DNA of 64,000 nt from an uncultured delta proteobacterium (GCA_963713045.1 CAVQKE010000001.1:576001-640000), one strand, 5' to 3'; positions 50,063-60,258 are shown, counted from the stretch's first letter. Translations and numbers: made by a program. Notes: generated by a model not told the origin, from the sequence alone.

Positions 50063-51601
50063 ATGAAGCCTGCCCACCGCCTTGTGCTGGCAATCCTCGA
50101 CGGCTGGGGCATCCGCAAGGAGCGGGCCGACAATGCGATTCTGTTGCAGGGCACCCCAGCCTTGGACCGGATGGCGGAGGGGATGCCGCAGACGCAGCTT
50201 GAAACCTCGGGCCTCGCGGTCGGCCTCCCCGAAGGACAAATGGGGAACTCAGAAGTCGGCCACACCAACATCGGCGCCGGGCGCATCGTCTACCAGGACT
50301 TGGTGCGCATCAATCGCGCCTGCCAATCGGGCGAGTTGGCCAATCTGCCGGTGCTGCGAGCCGCCTTCGAGGAGACCAAACGAGAGGGTAAGTCGTTGCA
50401 CTTCCTCGGCCTTCTCGGGCCCGGCGGTGTGCACGCCTCTCAGGCGCACTTGGAGGGCCTTCTCCGAGCCGCGCAGGCGCACGGGTTGGCTTCGGTTTAC
50501 GTCCACGCCTTTCTGGATGGTCGAGACACGCCTCCGCAGAGCTCGCTGGGTGAGTTGGAGAGGTTCGAAGGTTTCTTGCGCGACCTCGGGACCGGGCAGC
50601 TGGCCACTGTTTCGGGGCGCTACTACGCCATGGACCGCGATCAGCGCTGGGACCGAATCGAACTGGTCTACGACGCGATGGTCCGCGGCGAGGGTCCCCG
50701 GGCACCGAGCGCGGTGCAGGCGGTGCGCGCCGCCTATGACCAAAAGGTGACCGACGAATTCATTCCTCCCACCGTGCTGCTCGCCGGAAGCGAGCCAGTC
50801 GCTCGAATTCGGGACGGGGATACCGTTCTCTTCTTCAACTTTCGCGCAGACCGAGCGCGAGAGCTCACCCGGGCACTGGCCTTCCCCGACTTCAAACAGT
50901 TCGACCGCGGCGGCTTGCGGCTGGGCCGTTTCATCTGCATGACCGAATACGACAGCACCTTCGGGTTGCCGGTGATTTTTCCGCCCAGTCAACCGCGTCA
51001 CATCTTCCCGGAGGTGGTCTCCGACGCCGGTCTCCGCCAATTCCGCATCGCCGAGACTGAGAAGTACGCCCACGTCACCTTCTTCTTCAACGGAGGCCGG
51101 GAGGTGGTTTTCCCCGGCGAAGAGCGCGTCCTCATCCCCTCTCCGCGCGACGTCAAGACCTATGACTTGAAGCCGGAGATGAGCGCAGTCCCAGTCACTC
51201 AGGAATTGGTGAAACGCATCGCCTCTGGCGACTTCGATTTTCTTCTCGTGAATTACGCCAACCCGGACATGGTGGGCCATTCGGGCGTGCTGAGTGCGGC
51301 CATGCGAGCGGTGCAGACGGTGGACAGCTGTCTTGGCGCCGTCGCCGACGCCTGCGCGCAGAGCGGGCATGCGTTGGTCATCACCGCCGACCATGGCAAC
51401 TGCGAACAGATGCGCGACCCGGTGACCGGTGAGCCGCATACCGCGCACACTCTTAACCCCGTTCCCTTCTACCTCGTCCACCCGGACTTCCGCGGGGCAG
51501 CGCTACGCCCAGGCGTGCTCGCCGACGTCGCCCCGACGTTGCTCCGCATCATGGGGCTTCCGCAGCCGAAGGAGATGGACCGCCTCGGCCTCTTTCCTTG
51601 A
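50063..51601 (+). CDS. gpmI: 2,3-bisphosphoglycerate-independent phosphoglycerate mutase
   Basis: ILDGWG, GQMGNSEVGH, DGRDT, GRYYAMDRD, ETEKYAHVT, NPDMVGH and TADHGN motifs. Confidence 0.97.
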   Translation: MKPAHRLVLAILDGWGIRKERADNAILLQGTPALDRMAEGMPQTQLETSGLAVGLPEGQMGNSEVGHTNIGAGRIVYQDLVRINRACQSGELANLPVLRAAFEETKREGKSLHFLGLLGPGGVHASQAHLEGLLRAAQAHGLASVYVHAFLDGRDTPPQSSLGELERFEGFLRDLGTGQLATVSGRYYAMDRDQRWDRIELVYDAMVRGEGPRAPSAVQAVRAAYDQKVTDEFIPPTVLLAGSEPVARIRDGDTVLFFNFRADRARELTRALAFPDFKQFDRGGLRLGRFICMTEYDSTFGLPVIFPPSQPRHIFPEVVSDAGLRQFRIAETEKYAHVTFFFNGGREVVFPGEERVLIPSPRDVKTYDLKPEMSAVPVTQELVKRIASGDFDFLLVNYANPDMVGHSGVLSAAMRAVQTVDSCLGAVADACAQSGHALVITADHGNCEQMRDPVTGEPHTAHTLNPVPFYLVHPDFRGAALRPGVLADVAPTLLRIMGLPQPKEMDRLGLFP

Positions 51602-51789
51602 GAAGAGGGCCCCCCGGTGGGTCCGACTGGCACCGTCCCCCCCATGAGGCGCCGCGCGGCACCGGGCGGCCCCCGCAGGGTAGAGTCGTCGGAGGGGAAA
51701 GGCCCGCCCACCCTGGGGTGCATTCCACGGCACAGGGAAGAGACGGCGGCCGCAAAGCGTTGGTTGGGCGCAGGGCGGCAGTGGTGGAT

Positions 51790-54700
51790 ATGAGAGACCG
51801 AAGCGCCCCGCACCGCCCCTGGATGACCATCCTCCCGCTCAGCATGCTGTTGCCGTTGCTCGCGGGGGTGTCGGCCCCAACGGACCCCATCAGCCGGACC
51901 ATCGCCGAGCGCACCGCCCAGGCGCTGGCCAAGGCCTCCTCGCCGACTGGGACCGCGGCGCTGCTTCATCTGGATGAGACCCGCGACTACCTGGCCGACC
52001 CGAGTGTGCTCGAGCGCACTTACCAGCGCATTGTGCGGAGCCCCAAGACAGATGCCTTCACCCGCACCAGCGCCCGGCTGCTGCTGCTGCAGTCTTCCCG
52101 CGAGCAAGCCCAGCTCGGTGCCGCTCGGGCCCAGGCGGCGGCGCTCGGCTTCATTCAGTCGGTGTACGCGCTCGGCAGCTTCGAGAACGAGGGCAAGTCC
52201 GGGTGCGACACGGCGTTTGGGCCCGAAGTCTCGCTCGACCTCGCGGCCTCCTACCCAGCGAAGGGGCAACCGGCGCAGTGGCGGCCGCTGAAGCACGCGT
52301 CGCTCGATGGTGCAGTCGACCTCTCGGCTGTGTTACGGCCCAACCGGTCGGTGGTGGCCTATGCGCTGGCCTTGCTTGAGGAGCCAACCCCGCGGCGAGT
52401 GACGTTTGGGCTGGGCACGTCGGGCGCATTCCGCCTCTGGGTCAACGGCGAACAGGTGGCCTCCGACGACGCCTACCACCCGGCGCGGGTGGACCAGACG
52501 CGGCTGTCGGTGCAACTGCGGCGGGGCGTCAACCGGGTGCTTCTCAAAATCTGCCAAGAGGGCGCGGTCCCGCTTGGCTTCTTCCTTCGCGAAGAATCTG
52601 GACGCGCTCACGCCATCCAGCCGGCGGCGCTCCCGCCGCCTGCCGTGGGCGCCGCGCCCAAGCCAGTGCGCCTGCCGACCCTCACTTCGCGACTCGAGGC
52701 GCTGGTTGCCGCACACCCGAGGGATGCCGCCCTGTTGGGAGACGCCGCGGCCGTTTTCGCCGCAGCGCGTGGCTTCGACGAGCTTCAACACGTCGCCACC
52801 CGCCTCGCTGAGAAGGCGGCTGCCCTTTCCGCGGAACAAGGCAAGCCCAGTGCCCCCTTGGAATTGCTCGCGGCGCGCCTGGAGACCGACGACCCGAACG
52901 CGCAGCGCCGTCACCTCGAAGCGGCGGTGGCTGCCGAAGCGGATGACCCCGAGCCCAGCCTGTCGTTGGCGCGACACGAGCTGTCGGCCGGCTACCCGGA
53001 GCGGGCCCGCGCGCTGCTCGCGCGCTGGGACCGCGACTACCCCTCCTTTGCGCCGGCCCAGCTCCTCCTCGGCCGGGTCGAAGAGGAGGAGGGCGACCCA
53101 GCGTCCGCCACCTTGAGAGTCGAGCGCATTTACCGGCAGATGCCGGACCTGGTGGCAGTGGCGCGCGAAGCGGTGCGCTCGGCGCGCCGGCTGGAGCGCA
53201 GTGACGAAGCGGCGGCGCGGATGGAGCGGCTTCTCGCGCGCCGGCCAGGTGACACCTCCACGCTGCTCACCTTGTCTGCCCTTCTGGCGGACCTCGGGCG
53301 GGTGGAGGAGGCCGAGGGCCTCCTGGAGCAGGTGCTGGCCGTGGAGCCCACCGACAACGGCACCCGACTCAGGCTGGCGGAGCTGCTGGCGGCCAATGGC
53401 GCCTTGGAGCGTGGGCTCCAGCGCTTCGAGGAGGCCGCTGCTGTCGCACCGACCGACCCCGAAGTGCCGGAGCGGATGGGGCGTGCGCTGCTGCAGGCCG
53501 GGCGCCGGGACCCAGCCCTCGCCGCCTTCGAGCGCTCGCTGGTCCTGCATCCGCAGAACCCTGGGCTTCAGGAGGCGCTCAGGACGCTGCGGGACGAGCT
53601 TCGCGCACTACCGGTTGGCTTCCTGGTGGACCCGGCCACCTTGGTGGCGGACGCCGACAGCTACCGAGAGGACGCCATCACGCTGGTGGACAACACCTTG
53701 GTGCGAGTCCAACCCAGCGGCCAGTCGACTCGCTTCGAGCAGCGCGCTGTGAAGGTGTACACCCAGCGCGGTGTCGACGCCTTCCGGACACTGCATCTGG
53801 CCACCTACAGTCCGGGCAGCCAGGAAGTGCGCGTCATCCGCGCCCGCATCACGCGGCCCGACGGCTCGGTGGTGGACACCTTCGGAGACAGCGACGTCAG
53901 CGTCAACGAACCGTGGACCGGGATGTTTTACGACGTGCGCGCCCGGATATTGAGCTTCCCCACCCTGGCCCCTGGGGATTTGCTGGAGGTCCAGTTTCAG
54001 GTGGACGACGTCGCCGCGGAAAACCTGCTCTCCGACTATTGGGGTGACCTGGTCGCGGTGGAAGGGTCAACGCCCAAGCTGCGCTGGCAGTACGCCGTGG
54101 AGATGCCTCCTGGCAGGCGGCTGTATTGGAATGAAAAGACGCTCGGCCCGGGCGTGAAGGTGATGGAGGCCCCGGCACCCGACGGCCGAACCCTGTACAG
54201 CTTCTCGTCCATTCGCGTCCCCCGCCTCACGGCCGAGCCGGCGATGCCGGGGTGGTCCGAGGTCGCCTCCACGCTGAGTGTCTCCACCTACCGCACCTGG
54301 GACGAGGTGGGGCACTATTACTGGCGTCTCATCCGCGACCAGCTGCGCCCAGATGCCTCCATCCGGGCGGCCGTCGAGGAGGCATTGCAGGGGGTGGACC
54401 GCAACGACCGCCGGGCGGTGGTGCGAGCGCTGTACGGCTACGTCGTCTCTCGGACGCGCTACGTCGCCCTGGAATTCGGCATTCACGGCTACCAGCCCTA
54501 CCGCGTCGACCGAGTGCTGGCCCGACGCTTCGGGGACTGCAAGGACAAGGCGTCGCTTCTTCACGCCATGCTGGAAGTGGCCGGCGTGGACAGTCGCATC
54601 GTCCTTTTGCGGATGCGTTCTCTGGGCGCGGTGCCGTCCGAACCAGCGTCTTTGGCCGTCTTCAACCACGCCATCCTCTGGGTTCCGTCGCTCGACTGGT

Positions 54701-55476
54701 ATCTCGACGGAACGGCGGAGTTCCACGGCGCGAGCGAGCTGCCCGGTGGGGACCGCCAAGCGAGCATTCTGGTGGTGGAGCCAGATGGCCCGAGCCGCTT
54801 CACCACCACCCCGCCAGCCGCGGTCGATGGCAACGTCACCGACTTACACCTGGAGCTGGCCCTCCGGCCGGCCGGCACCGCTGACGTCAAGGCGGAAACC
54901 CACATTCGGGGGACCGACGCACCGGCCTACCGGCGAAGCTACCAGACGCTGGCCACCCGCCGGTCCAACCTGGAACGGGCCTGGTCACACGCCTTTCCCG
55001 GACTCTCGGTGGGCGAGGTCACCGCCGACGGCCTGTCCCAGCTCGAGCGTGACGTCACGTTGGATTTTCAAATGCACGTGCCCCGCTACGCCGAGGTCAG
55101 CCCCGCCGGCCTGCGCTTTCTCCCCTTCCCTGGCGCGAGCGGCTACCTGCAGGGCCTGGCCCCGCTGGCCGAGCGCAGCCGCGATTTGCTGCTGGACGGG
55201 CCCACGGTGAACCGCTTCCACTTCCTCTACCAACTGCCGCGCGGCTACGTGGTGGACGAAGTGCCTGATTCAGTGACGACAGAGACACCCTTTGGCCACG
55301 CGGTGTTCGGCTGTCGCGCCGCAGCCGAGGCCCTGGAGTGTTCCGGTGAAGTGGCGGTGACGACGGCCCGGGTGGCAGCCAAGGATTACCCGGCCTTTCG
55401 AGCTTTCCTCGCCGAAGTGGACCAGGCTTTCGCGCGAAAGGTGCTGGTGCGGCCGACGAACTCGGCGGTTCGCTGA
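51790..55476 (+). CDS. Large secreted TPR + DUF3857 + transglutaminase-like protein
   Basis: Signal-like N-terminus, beta-rich domain (LWVNG...GVNRVLLK), TPR array, DUF3857 region, and putative triad GDCKDK / FNHAI / YLDGT. Start ATG 51790 or 51823. Confidence 0.85.
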   Translation: MRDRSAPHRPWMTILPLSMLLPLLAGVSAPTDPISRTIAERTAQALAKASSPTGTAALLHLDETRDYLADPSVLERTYQRIVRSPKTDAFTRTSARLLLLQSSREQAQLGAARAQAAALGFIQSVYALGSFENEGKSGCDTAFGPEVSLDLAASYPAKGQPAQWRPLKHASLDGAVDLSAVLRPNRSVVAYALALLEEPTPRRVTFGLGTSGAFRLWVNGEQVASDDAYHPARVDQTRLSVQLRRGVNRVLLKICQEGAVPLGFFLREESGRAHAIQPAALPPPAVGAAPKPVRLPTLTSRLEALVAAHPRDAALLGDAAAVFAAARGFDELQHVATRLAEKAAALSAEQGKPSAPLELLAARLETDDPNAQRRHLEAAVAAEADDPEPSLSLARHELSAGYPERARALLARWDRDYPSFAPAQLLLGRVEEEEGDPASATLRVERIYRQMPDLVAVAREAVRSARRLERSDEAAARMERLLARRPGDTSTLLTLSALLADLGRVEEAEGLLEQVLAVEPTDNGTRLRLAELLAANGALERGLQRFEEAAAVAPTDPEVPERMGRALLQAGRRDPALAAFERSLVLHPQNPGLQEALRTLRDELRALPVGFLVDPATLVADADSYREDAITLVDNTLVRVQPSGQSTRFEQRAVKVYTQRGVDAFRTLHLATYSPGSQEVRVIRARITRPDGSVVDTFGDSDVSVNEPWTGMFYDVRARILSFPTLAPGDLLEVQFQVDDVAAENLLSDYWGDLVAVEGSTPKLRWQYAVEMPPGRRLYWNEKTLGPGVKVMEAPAPDGRTLYSFSSIRVPRLTAEPAMPGWSEVASTLSVSTYRTWDEVGHYYWRLIRDQLRPDASIRAAVEEALQGVDRNDRRAVVRALYGYVVSRTRYVALEFGIHGYQPYRVDRVLARRFGDCKDKASLLHAMLEVAGVDSRIVLLRMRSLGAVPSEPASLAVFNHAILWVPSLDWYLDGTAEFHGASELPGGDRQASILVVEPDGPSRFTTTPPAAVDGNVTDLHLELALRPAGTADVKAETHIRGTDAPAYRRSYQTLATRRSNLERAWSHAFPGLSVGEVTADGLSQLERDVTLDFQMHVPRYAEVSPAGLRFLPFPGASGYLQGLAPLAERSRDLLLDGPTVNRFHFLYQLPRGYVVDEVPDSVTTETPFGHAVFGCRAAAEALECSGEVAVTTARVAAKDYPAFRAFLAEVDQAFARKVLVRPTNSAVR

Positions 55477-55512
55477 GAGGGCCTCGCCCTCCCGAAGCCC
55501 GGGGCGGGGGCG

Positions 55513-56775
55513 TCAGGCCAGGTAGGGGATGGTCATCGGGCCCTCGGGGAGGACCGCCACCGGCGCATCCTGACCCAGCCTGGCCAACTCCTCTGCGATG
55601 CGGCCACTGGGGTTGTCCACCGGCTCGAGGAAGGCCCGGCGAACTTCCTCCGCCGGCAGGGCGCTGTACAGGCCAACCCGTGCTTTGAGGGCGATGATGG
55701 CGTGCAGCTGCGCCTCCCACTGGTCGTAGAGGGAGAAGCCCGGCGTGAGGATGGTGTCGAGCAGCGCCCGAGGCGTGGGGTGCTCGAAAAGCAGCTTCTT
55801 GTAATTGCCGTGCGTCGGAAACCCGTCATTGCAGCGCGACGCCGTGAGGATGAAGCCGTCGTTGCGCACCACTTGCGCGCCAGCCGACATCCCCTTCACC
55901 GTTTGGTAGAGGTTTTGGTCCAGCGGATAGCCGGCGTTGGTGGTGACAACCACTGGGAAGCTGTCCTCGCAGGCGACCATCGCCGTCTCGCGTGCGAAGG
56001 CGCACCCGCGCGCGTGGGCGGCGAGCACTTCACCGCAGAAGAAGGCGGTAATCTGGCGGCGCCGGTTGAGCGTCAGGTTGACCAGGAAGTCGACCGGCAC
56101 CAGCGCACCGCAATGGCGGATTTGCTCTTGGGTGGGGTTGGCGTCGAGATTTCCCCAGGTGCTTCGCGCATCTCCAATCACCGCGGCGCGGTGGTAGTGC
56201 ATGATGCTTTCAATGTCGGCCACAGCCGGGAAGACGCCCTTGTAGCCACCGGAGAAGCCGGCCATGAAGTGCGGTTCGATGAAGCCGAGGACAATCCGCC
56301 GGTCGGCCTCGACGTAGGGCCGCGCCATCCGGACCAAGCGGCCGTCCAGGCTCCTCCCCACCTCCACCAGCGTGGAGTCATCGTGCGCGTCGTGGTTCAC
56401 CACGCGGTAGCGTGAGAGGACGTCCGTCCCGACCATCTGCGCCAGCTCGGCGGCCGTCTGCACCCGGTGGCTTCCGGTGCCATTCACCACGGTGATGTGC
56501 TCGGCGGGAATGTGGTCGAGCTCCGCGAAAATCCACGGCAAGAGCCGCTCGCTCGGAAGCGGACGGGTGATGTCGGCGATGACCACCGCCACCCGGTCTC
56601 CGGCGCGCACCGTCTCGCGCAGCGGTTTCCCGCCAATCGGGTCGCGAACCGCCGCCCGGAAGGCCGCGGCCTCATCCGCTAAGCCTGGGACAAAGCGCGG
56701 CGTGATGACCTGGACGTGGGACGAGGGCACCTCGAGCTCCAAGCCCTCGGTGCCGTACTCCAGATGGACTCTCAT
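55513..56775 (-). CDS. larA: Nickel-pincer-dependent lactate racemase LarA family protein
   Basis: DITRP, GTGSHR, EPHFMAGFSGGYK, GYPLDQNLYQTVKG and DQW motifs. Substrate not determinable. Confidence 0.85.
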   Translation of the reverse strand: MRVHLEYGTEGLELEVPSSHVQVITPRFVPGLADEAAAFRAAVRDPIGGKPLRETVRAGDRVAVVIADITRPLPSERLLPWIFAELDHIPAEHITVVNGTGSHRVQTAAELAQMVGTDVLSRYRVVNHDAHDDSTLVEVGRSLDGRLVRMARPYVEADRRIVLGFIEPHFMAGFSGGYKGVFPAVADIESIMHYHRAAVIGDARSTWGNLDANPTQEQIRHCGALVPVDFLVNLTLNRRRQITAFFCGEVLAAHARGCAFARETAMVACEDSFPVVVTTNAGYPLDQNLYQTVKGMSAGAQVVRNDGFILTASRCNDGFPTHGNYKKLLFEHPTPRALLDTILTPGFSLYDQWEAQLHAIIALKARVGLYSALPAEEVRRAFLEPVDNPSGRIAEELARLGQDAPVAVLPEGPMTIPYLA

Positions 56776-56868
56776 CACTTCACCCCAAAGCAGCCAGACG
56801 GGTGGTAACCCCCGAGGGAGGACACACTAATCCCGGCGAAAGTCGCCACACCAGCCAGTGACGCGGCT

Positions 56869-57273
56869 TCACGGCGAGCGCGACGGCGCGGCAGCCACTT
56901 CCGAGCGCACCAAGGTGAGCAGGTGCTCCAGCTCGAAGGGCTTGTGCAACAGGCCGACCACGCCGGGGGCAGCGCGGAGCTCCGGCGCTAACTCGCTCGC
57001 CGACATCAGCACCAGCCGGTGGTGTTTCAACCAGGGACGGGCACGAAACTGGCGCATGAACTCCACCCCATTCATCACCGGAGTCCGCACGTCGAGCACC
57101 ACCAGACACGGGTCGCTCAGTCCCTCCAGAAGGCTCAAGGCCTGCTCTCCGTCATTCGCTGAGAGGACGGAGTAGCCCTCGTCTTCGAGGTAGTCCTGGA
57201 TTGCGTCTCGGACGCCCCGGTCCTCCTCGACGAGGACGAGCTGCGGGCGCTTCAGCGGAGAGGTGTCTGTCAC
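56869..57273 (-). CDS. Single-domain response regulator (CheY-like)
   Basis: LVEED, VVLDVRTPVMNG (phospho-Asp), LMSA and HKPF. Confidence 0.85.
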   Translation of the reverse strand: MTDTSPLKRPQLVLVEEDRGVRDAIQDYLEDEGYSVLSANDGEQALSLLEGLSDPCLVVLDVRTPVMNGVEFMRQFRARPWLKHHRLVLMSASELAPELRAAPGVVGLLHKPFELEHLLTLVRSEVAAAPSRSP

Positions 57274-57445
57274 AGGGCCCCCCCATAGGGCGAAAGAAAG
57301 GCGGAAATCTCCACACCCAGCGGTCGGGAAGCAAGCGCCGAGTCCGAACAATTTCTCTGTAGGGAACCTGAATACGTTCTGCGCAGATGGGCGCAACGGC
57401 GAGCCGCCCCGGCCAACTTCCCTCGTCCGGAGCAGCCACCACCGG

Positions 57446-57862
57446 TTAGGCCTGCGTCACGGAAAGCAGCCGAGCCGCTTCGCCCAGCTGCCCGAAGACG
57501 ACGGCCAGTTGACCGAAGCGCCGGGCGAGCGCGACCGCGCCCGTGGCCTCCAAGCTCAGCACGCAGACGCTTTCTTCGCGCCATCCGCCAGCATCTGCCT
57601 TGCCCTCAGCAGGCCAGCTTGCCAATCCGAGCTCCTCGACGACGCGAAGCAACTCGGCTTGCGCCAGAGCGTTCTGCTGGACGCTTCTCGGAAGCGAGCC
57701 TGGATTCCAGGCGGTGAGGAAGGCCCAGCAGCTGGCCCCGGCCGCCGACAGCTCGACGTCGAAGGCCGGATGACGGGCGCCGATGCGCAGCGCGTGCACG
57801 CCTTGCGGCGCCCGCACCACATACGCCGTCTGGAGGTAGGCCTTGCGGAGTCCTGGAGTCAC
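57446..57862 (-). CDS. DUF3293 domain-containing protein
   Basis: AYLQTAY, AFLTAWNPGS, WREES and ARRFGQLA motifs. Confidence 0.85.
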   Translation of the reverse strand: MTPGLRKAYLQTAYVVRAPQGVHALRIGARHPAFDVELSAAGASCWAFLTAWNPGSLPRSVQQNALAQAELLRVVEELGLASWPAEGKADAGGWREESVCVLSLEATGAVALARRFGQLAVVFGQLGEAARLLSVTQA

Positions 57863-57991
57863 GAAGGGAGTTCAGCCGGCGAAGCGATTTGCCAAGGGCA
57901 GGCCTCACCCGGTGGGGGAAGATGCCTTCTTAGAAGCCCACAACGCACAGACCTCGAGATGATTGCGCCCGGGGCCCCCGGCGGTGCGCGG

Positions 57992-59248
57992 CTATTCCGA
58001 GCGCATCGCTTCCACCGGGTCCAGGTTGGCCGCCCTGGACGCCGGGTAAATGCCAAACACCAGCCCGACAGCGGACGACATGGCCAGAGCCATGGCCACC
58101 GCCCAGGGGGGCACGGCGGTCGGGAAACCCAGCGCCCAACGACCGAGGAAGGCCACGAAGAAGCCGAGGGCCACCCCGGCCAGTCCGCCTAAAAGCGACA
58201 ACATCACCGCCTCGGTCGCGAACTGACTGAGAATGCGCCCACGCCGAGCTCCGAGGGCTTTGCGCACACCAATCTCGTGCGTCCGCTCGGTGACGGAAAC
58301 CAGCATGATGTTGAGGATGCCAATTCCTCCCACCACCAAAGACAGCAGGCAGACGCCAAAGCTCGCTGCCGTGACAACCGCGGAGATTTGGTTGAAGGTG
58401 GCGGTGGCGGATTCGTTGGAATAGATGGTGAAGTCGCTCTCCTCATCTGGGCGCAAGTTGTGCCGGTGGCGCATCAGCAGCTCCACCCCATCCTGGGCCC
58501 GTTGAAGGCCAGCCGAGTTCCACGCCTGCATGCTGATGTTGAGCGAGCGGTTCTTTCCGAAGAGTTCGAAAAAGACAGGAATCGGGATGACCACGCTGTT
58601 GTCGTACCCAGGGCCGGCCAAGGAGCCCTTTCGGGTCATCACCCCAATCACTTCGAAGCTCCGTCCTTTGAGGCGAATCTCCTGGCCCACCGACTCGAGG
58701 TCTCCAAACAGCAAGTCGGCGACATCCGGACCAATGACCATCACCTGGGCAGCGGACTGAATTTCCGCTTCGCTGAAAGTGCGGCCCTTGGCCATTTCAA
58801 AGGCGTTGGTGTCGAAGAAGTTCACCGTGCCGCCAGCCAAAATGACGTTGGGCTGCGTCTCGCGCGATGCCGTCGACAGCTTTTTCGCTCCGTCCCAGGC
58901 TTCGGCCGTCACCTTGGCCACGTCCGGGACGTGCTTTTCGATGGCGAGAAAGTCTTCGAAGCTAATGTTGGGTCTGCGGTTAATTTTGTCGCTGTCGAAG
59001 TTGCCGAAACCCTGCGGCCATTTCTGAAGCTGAAAACCGTTGGAGCCAAGGGCCGCGAGGTCCTGGTCGACTTTCCGGCGCAATCCCTCAAGCAACGCCA
59101 TCATCGAGACGACGGTGGCCACTCCGATGACGATGCCGAGCAGCGTTAGTACGCTGCGCAGACGGTGCCCCCAGAATGTCCTCAAGGCCAGCCGGAAGTT
59201 GTCGGCGATGGTGCTCGTCCCACGAAGCCATCTGCGAGCAAACTCCAT
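57992..59248 (-). CDS. ABC transporter permease, MacB/FtsX family
   Basis: RSVLTLLGIVIGV, large periplasmic domain, GGIGILNIMLVSVTERTHEIGVRKALGA and PASRAANLDPVEAMR. Confidence 0.93.
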   Translation of the reverse strand: MEFARRWLRGTSTIADNFRLALRTFWGHRLRSVLTLLGIVIGVATVVSMMALLEGLRRKVDQDLAALGSNGFQLQKWPQGFGNFDSDKINRRPNISFEDFLAIEKHVPDVAKVTAEAWDGAKKLSTASRETQPNVILAGGTVNFFDTNAFEMAKGRTFSEAEIQSAAQVMVIGPDVADLLFGDLESVGQEIRLKGRSFEVIGVMTRKGSLAGPGYDNSVVIPIPVFFELFGKNRSLNISMQAWNSAGLQRAQDGVELLMRHRHNLRPDEESDFTIYSNESATATFNQISAVVTAASFGVCLLSLVVGGIGILNIMLVSVTERTHEIGVRKALGARRGRILSQFATEAVMLSLLGGLAGVALGFFVAFLGRWALGFPTAVPPWAVAMALAMSSAVGLVFGIYPASRAANLDPVEAMRSE

Positions 59249-59265
59249 ACGAAGTCTCCCGGGGC

Positions 59266-60258
59266 CTACGCGCTCAGCGGGGGCGCGCGGAGGTTCAGCG
59301 ACTGCCCTCTGTTCTGGCTACCATCCTCCCACGGGACGACCGGGTAACCCAGCCGCTTCCAGCCGGCGTAACCTCCCTCCAGGGGGCGGACCCGGTGAAT
59401 GCCTCGTCGCTTCAGCTGGAGCGCCACCCGGGCGCTCGTCCATTCGCTGGGTCAACTGCAGTAGAGGACGAGGTCACGGTCCCGCGGGATTTCCGAATGC
59501 CGCGCTGGCAGTTCTGACGGCGAAAGGTGGAGGGCACCGGGCAGGGTGTACGGGTCCTCGAGCAACTCCCGGCGATGCCGCAGGTCCAGGAGCAGCGGGG
59601 GGCTGGGCCGGGAGAGCACGACGTGAAGCTCATCCGAGCCAATGCGGGCCACATGAAGCTTGCGACGCACCCGCTCGCGCTGCAACACCTTGAACAGCAG
59701 CCACAACGCCAGGCAGGCCGCCGCGACGCCGAGGATGGAGAACCCGTACGTCAGCGCGAGGCGCAAGGCCCAAGTCACTTGGTCGCCGAAGCCATAGCCC
59801 AGCCCCACGAAGGTGCCTGCCCAGAGCAGGTCCCCAAGGACGTCCAGGGAGAGGTACTTGACGAGCGACATGCGGGACAAGGCTGCCAGCGGCGGGGCAA
59901 TCGTCGTCAAACCGGGGATGAAGGGTGCCACCACCAGCGCTCGGCCACCGAAGCGCTCGAAGGTGCCCTGGGTGCGTTGGACGCAGCTGTCCGGCTCGAG
60001 GCTGATGCGGCAAAGCACCCGCAGCACACCGTAGCCCCAGCGGCGCCCAGCCAGGTACCAAGCCAGATGGCCGACAGCGGCTGCCAGCGCGGCCAGCGCG
60101 ATGACGGCCGTCAAGGACGGTGGACCGGAACGGGACAGCGCACCCGCTGCGAGCAGCCATGGAGTGCACGGGATGGGGAGTCCCATCTGCTCAAGGAGGA
60201 CGGCAAGAAACACCACCGCCGTGCCGTTTTCTCGGAGAAACTGGATGGACTCATTCAC
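59266..60258 (-). CDS. DedA (VTT)-rhodanese fusion selenoprotein, TGA at 59452-59454 read as Sec
   Basis: DedA domain (EQMGLPIP, LCRISLEPDSCV, FIPG) then rhodanese (LLDLR, LPGA). After YCS-TGA the frame continues PSEWTSARVALQLKRRGIHRVRPLEGGYAGW... to TAG 59266-59268, 17 bp before the next gene. Confidence 0.88.
59419..59437 (-). promoter_or_regulatory. Candidate bacterial SECIS element of the DedA-rhodanese gene
   Basis: Perfect 7-bp stem GAGCGCC/GGCGCTC with loop CGGGT. The loop starts 21 nt after the UGA and has G at position 2. Confidence 0.7.

Noticed and set aside
57364..57379. GAAC-N8-GTTC inverted repeat upstream of the response regulator, as a LexA box
   Set aside because: Only 4-bp arms, and spacing and flanks do not fit the LexA consensus sequences I know.
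59452..60258. DedA gene as a 268-aa protein or nonsense pseudogene
   Set aside because: The rest of the rhodanese domain is intact in frame after the TGA and a SECIS-like hairpin follows, so recoding explains it better.
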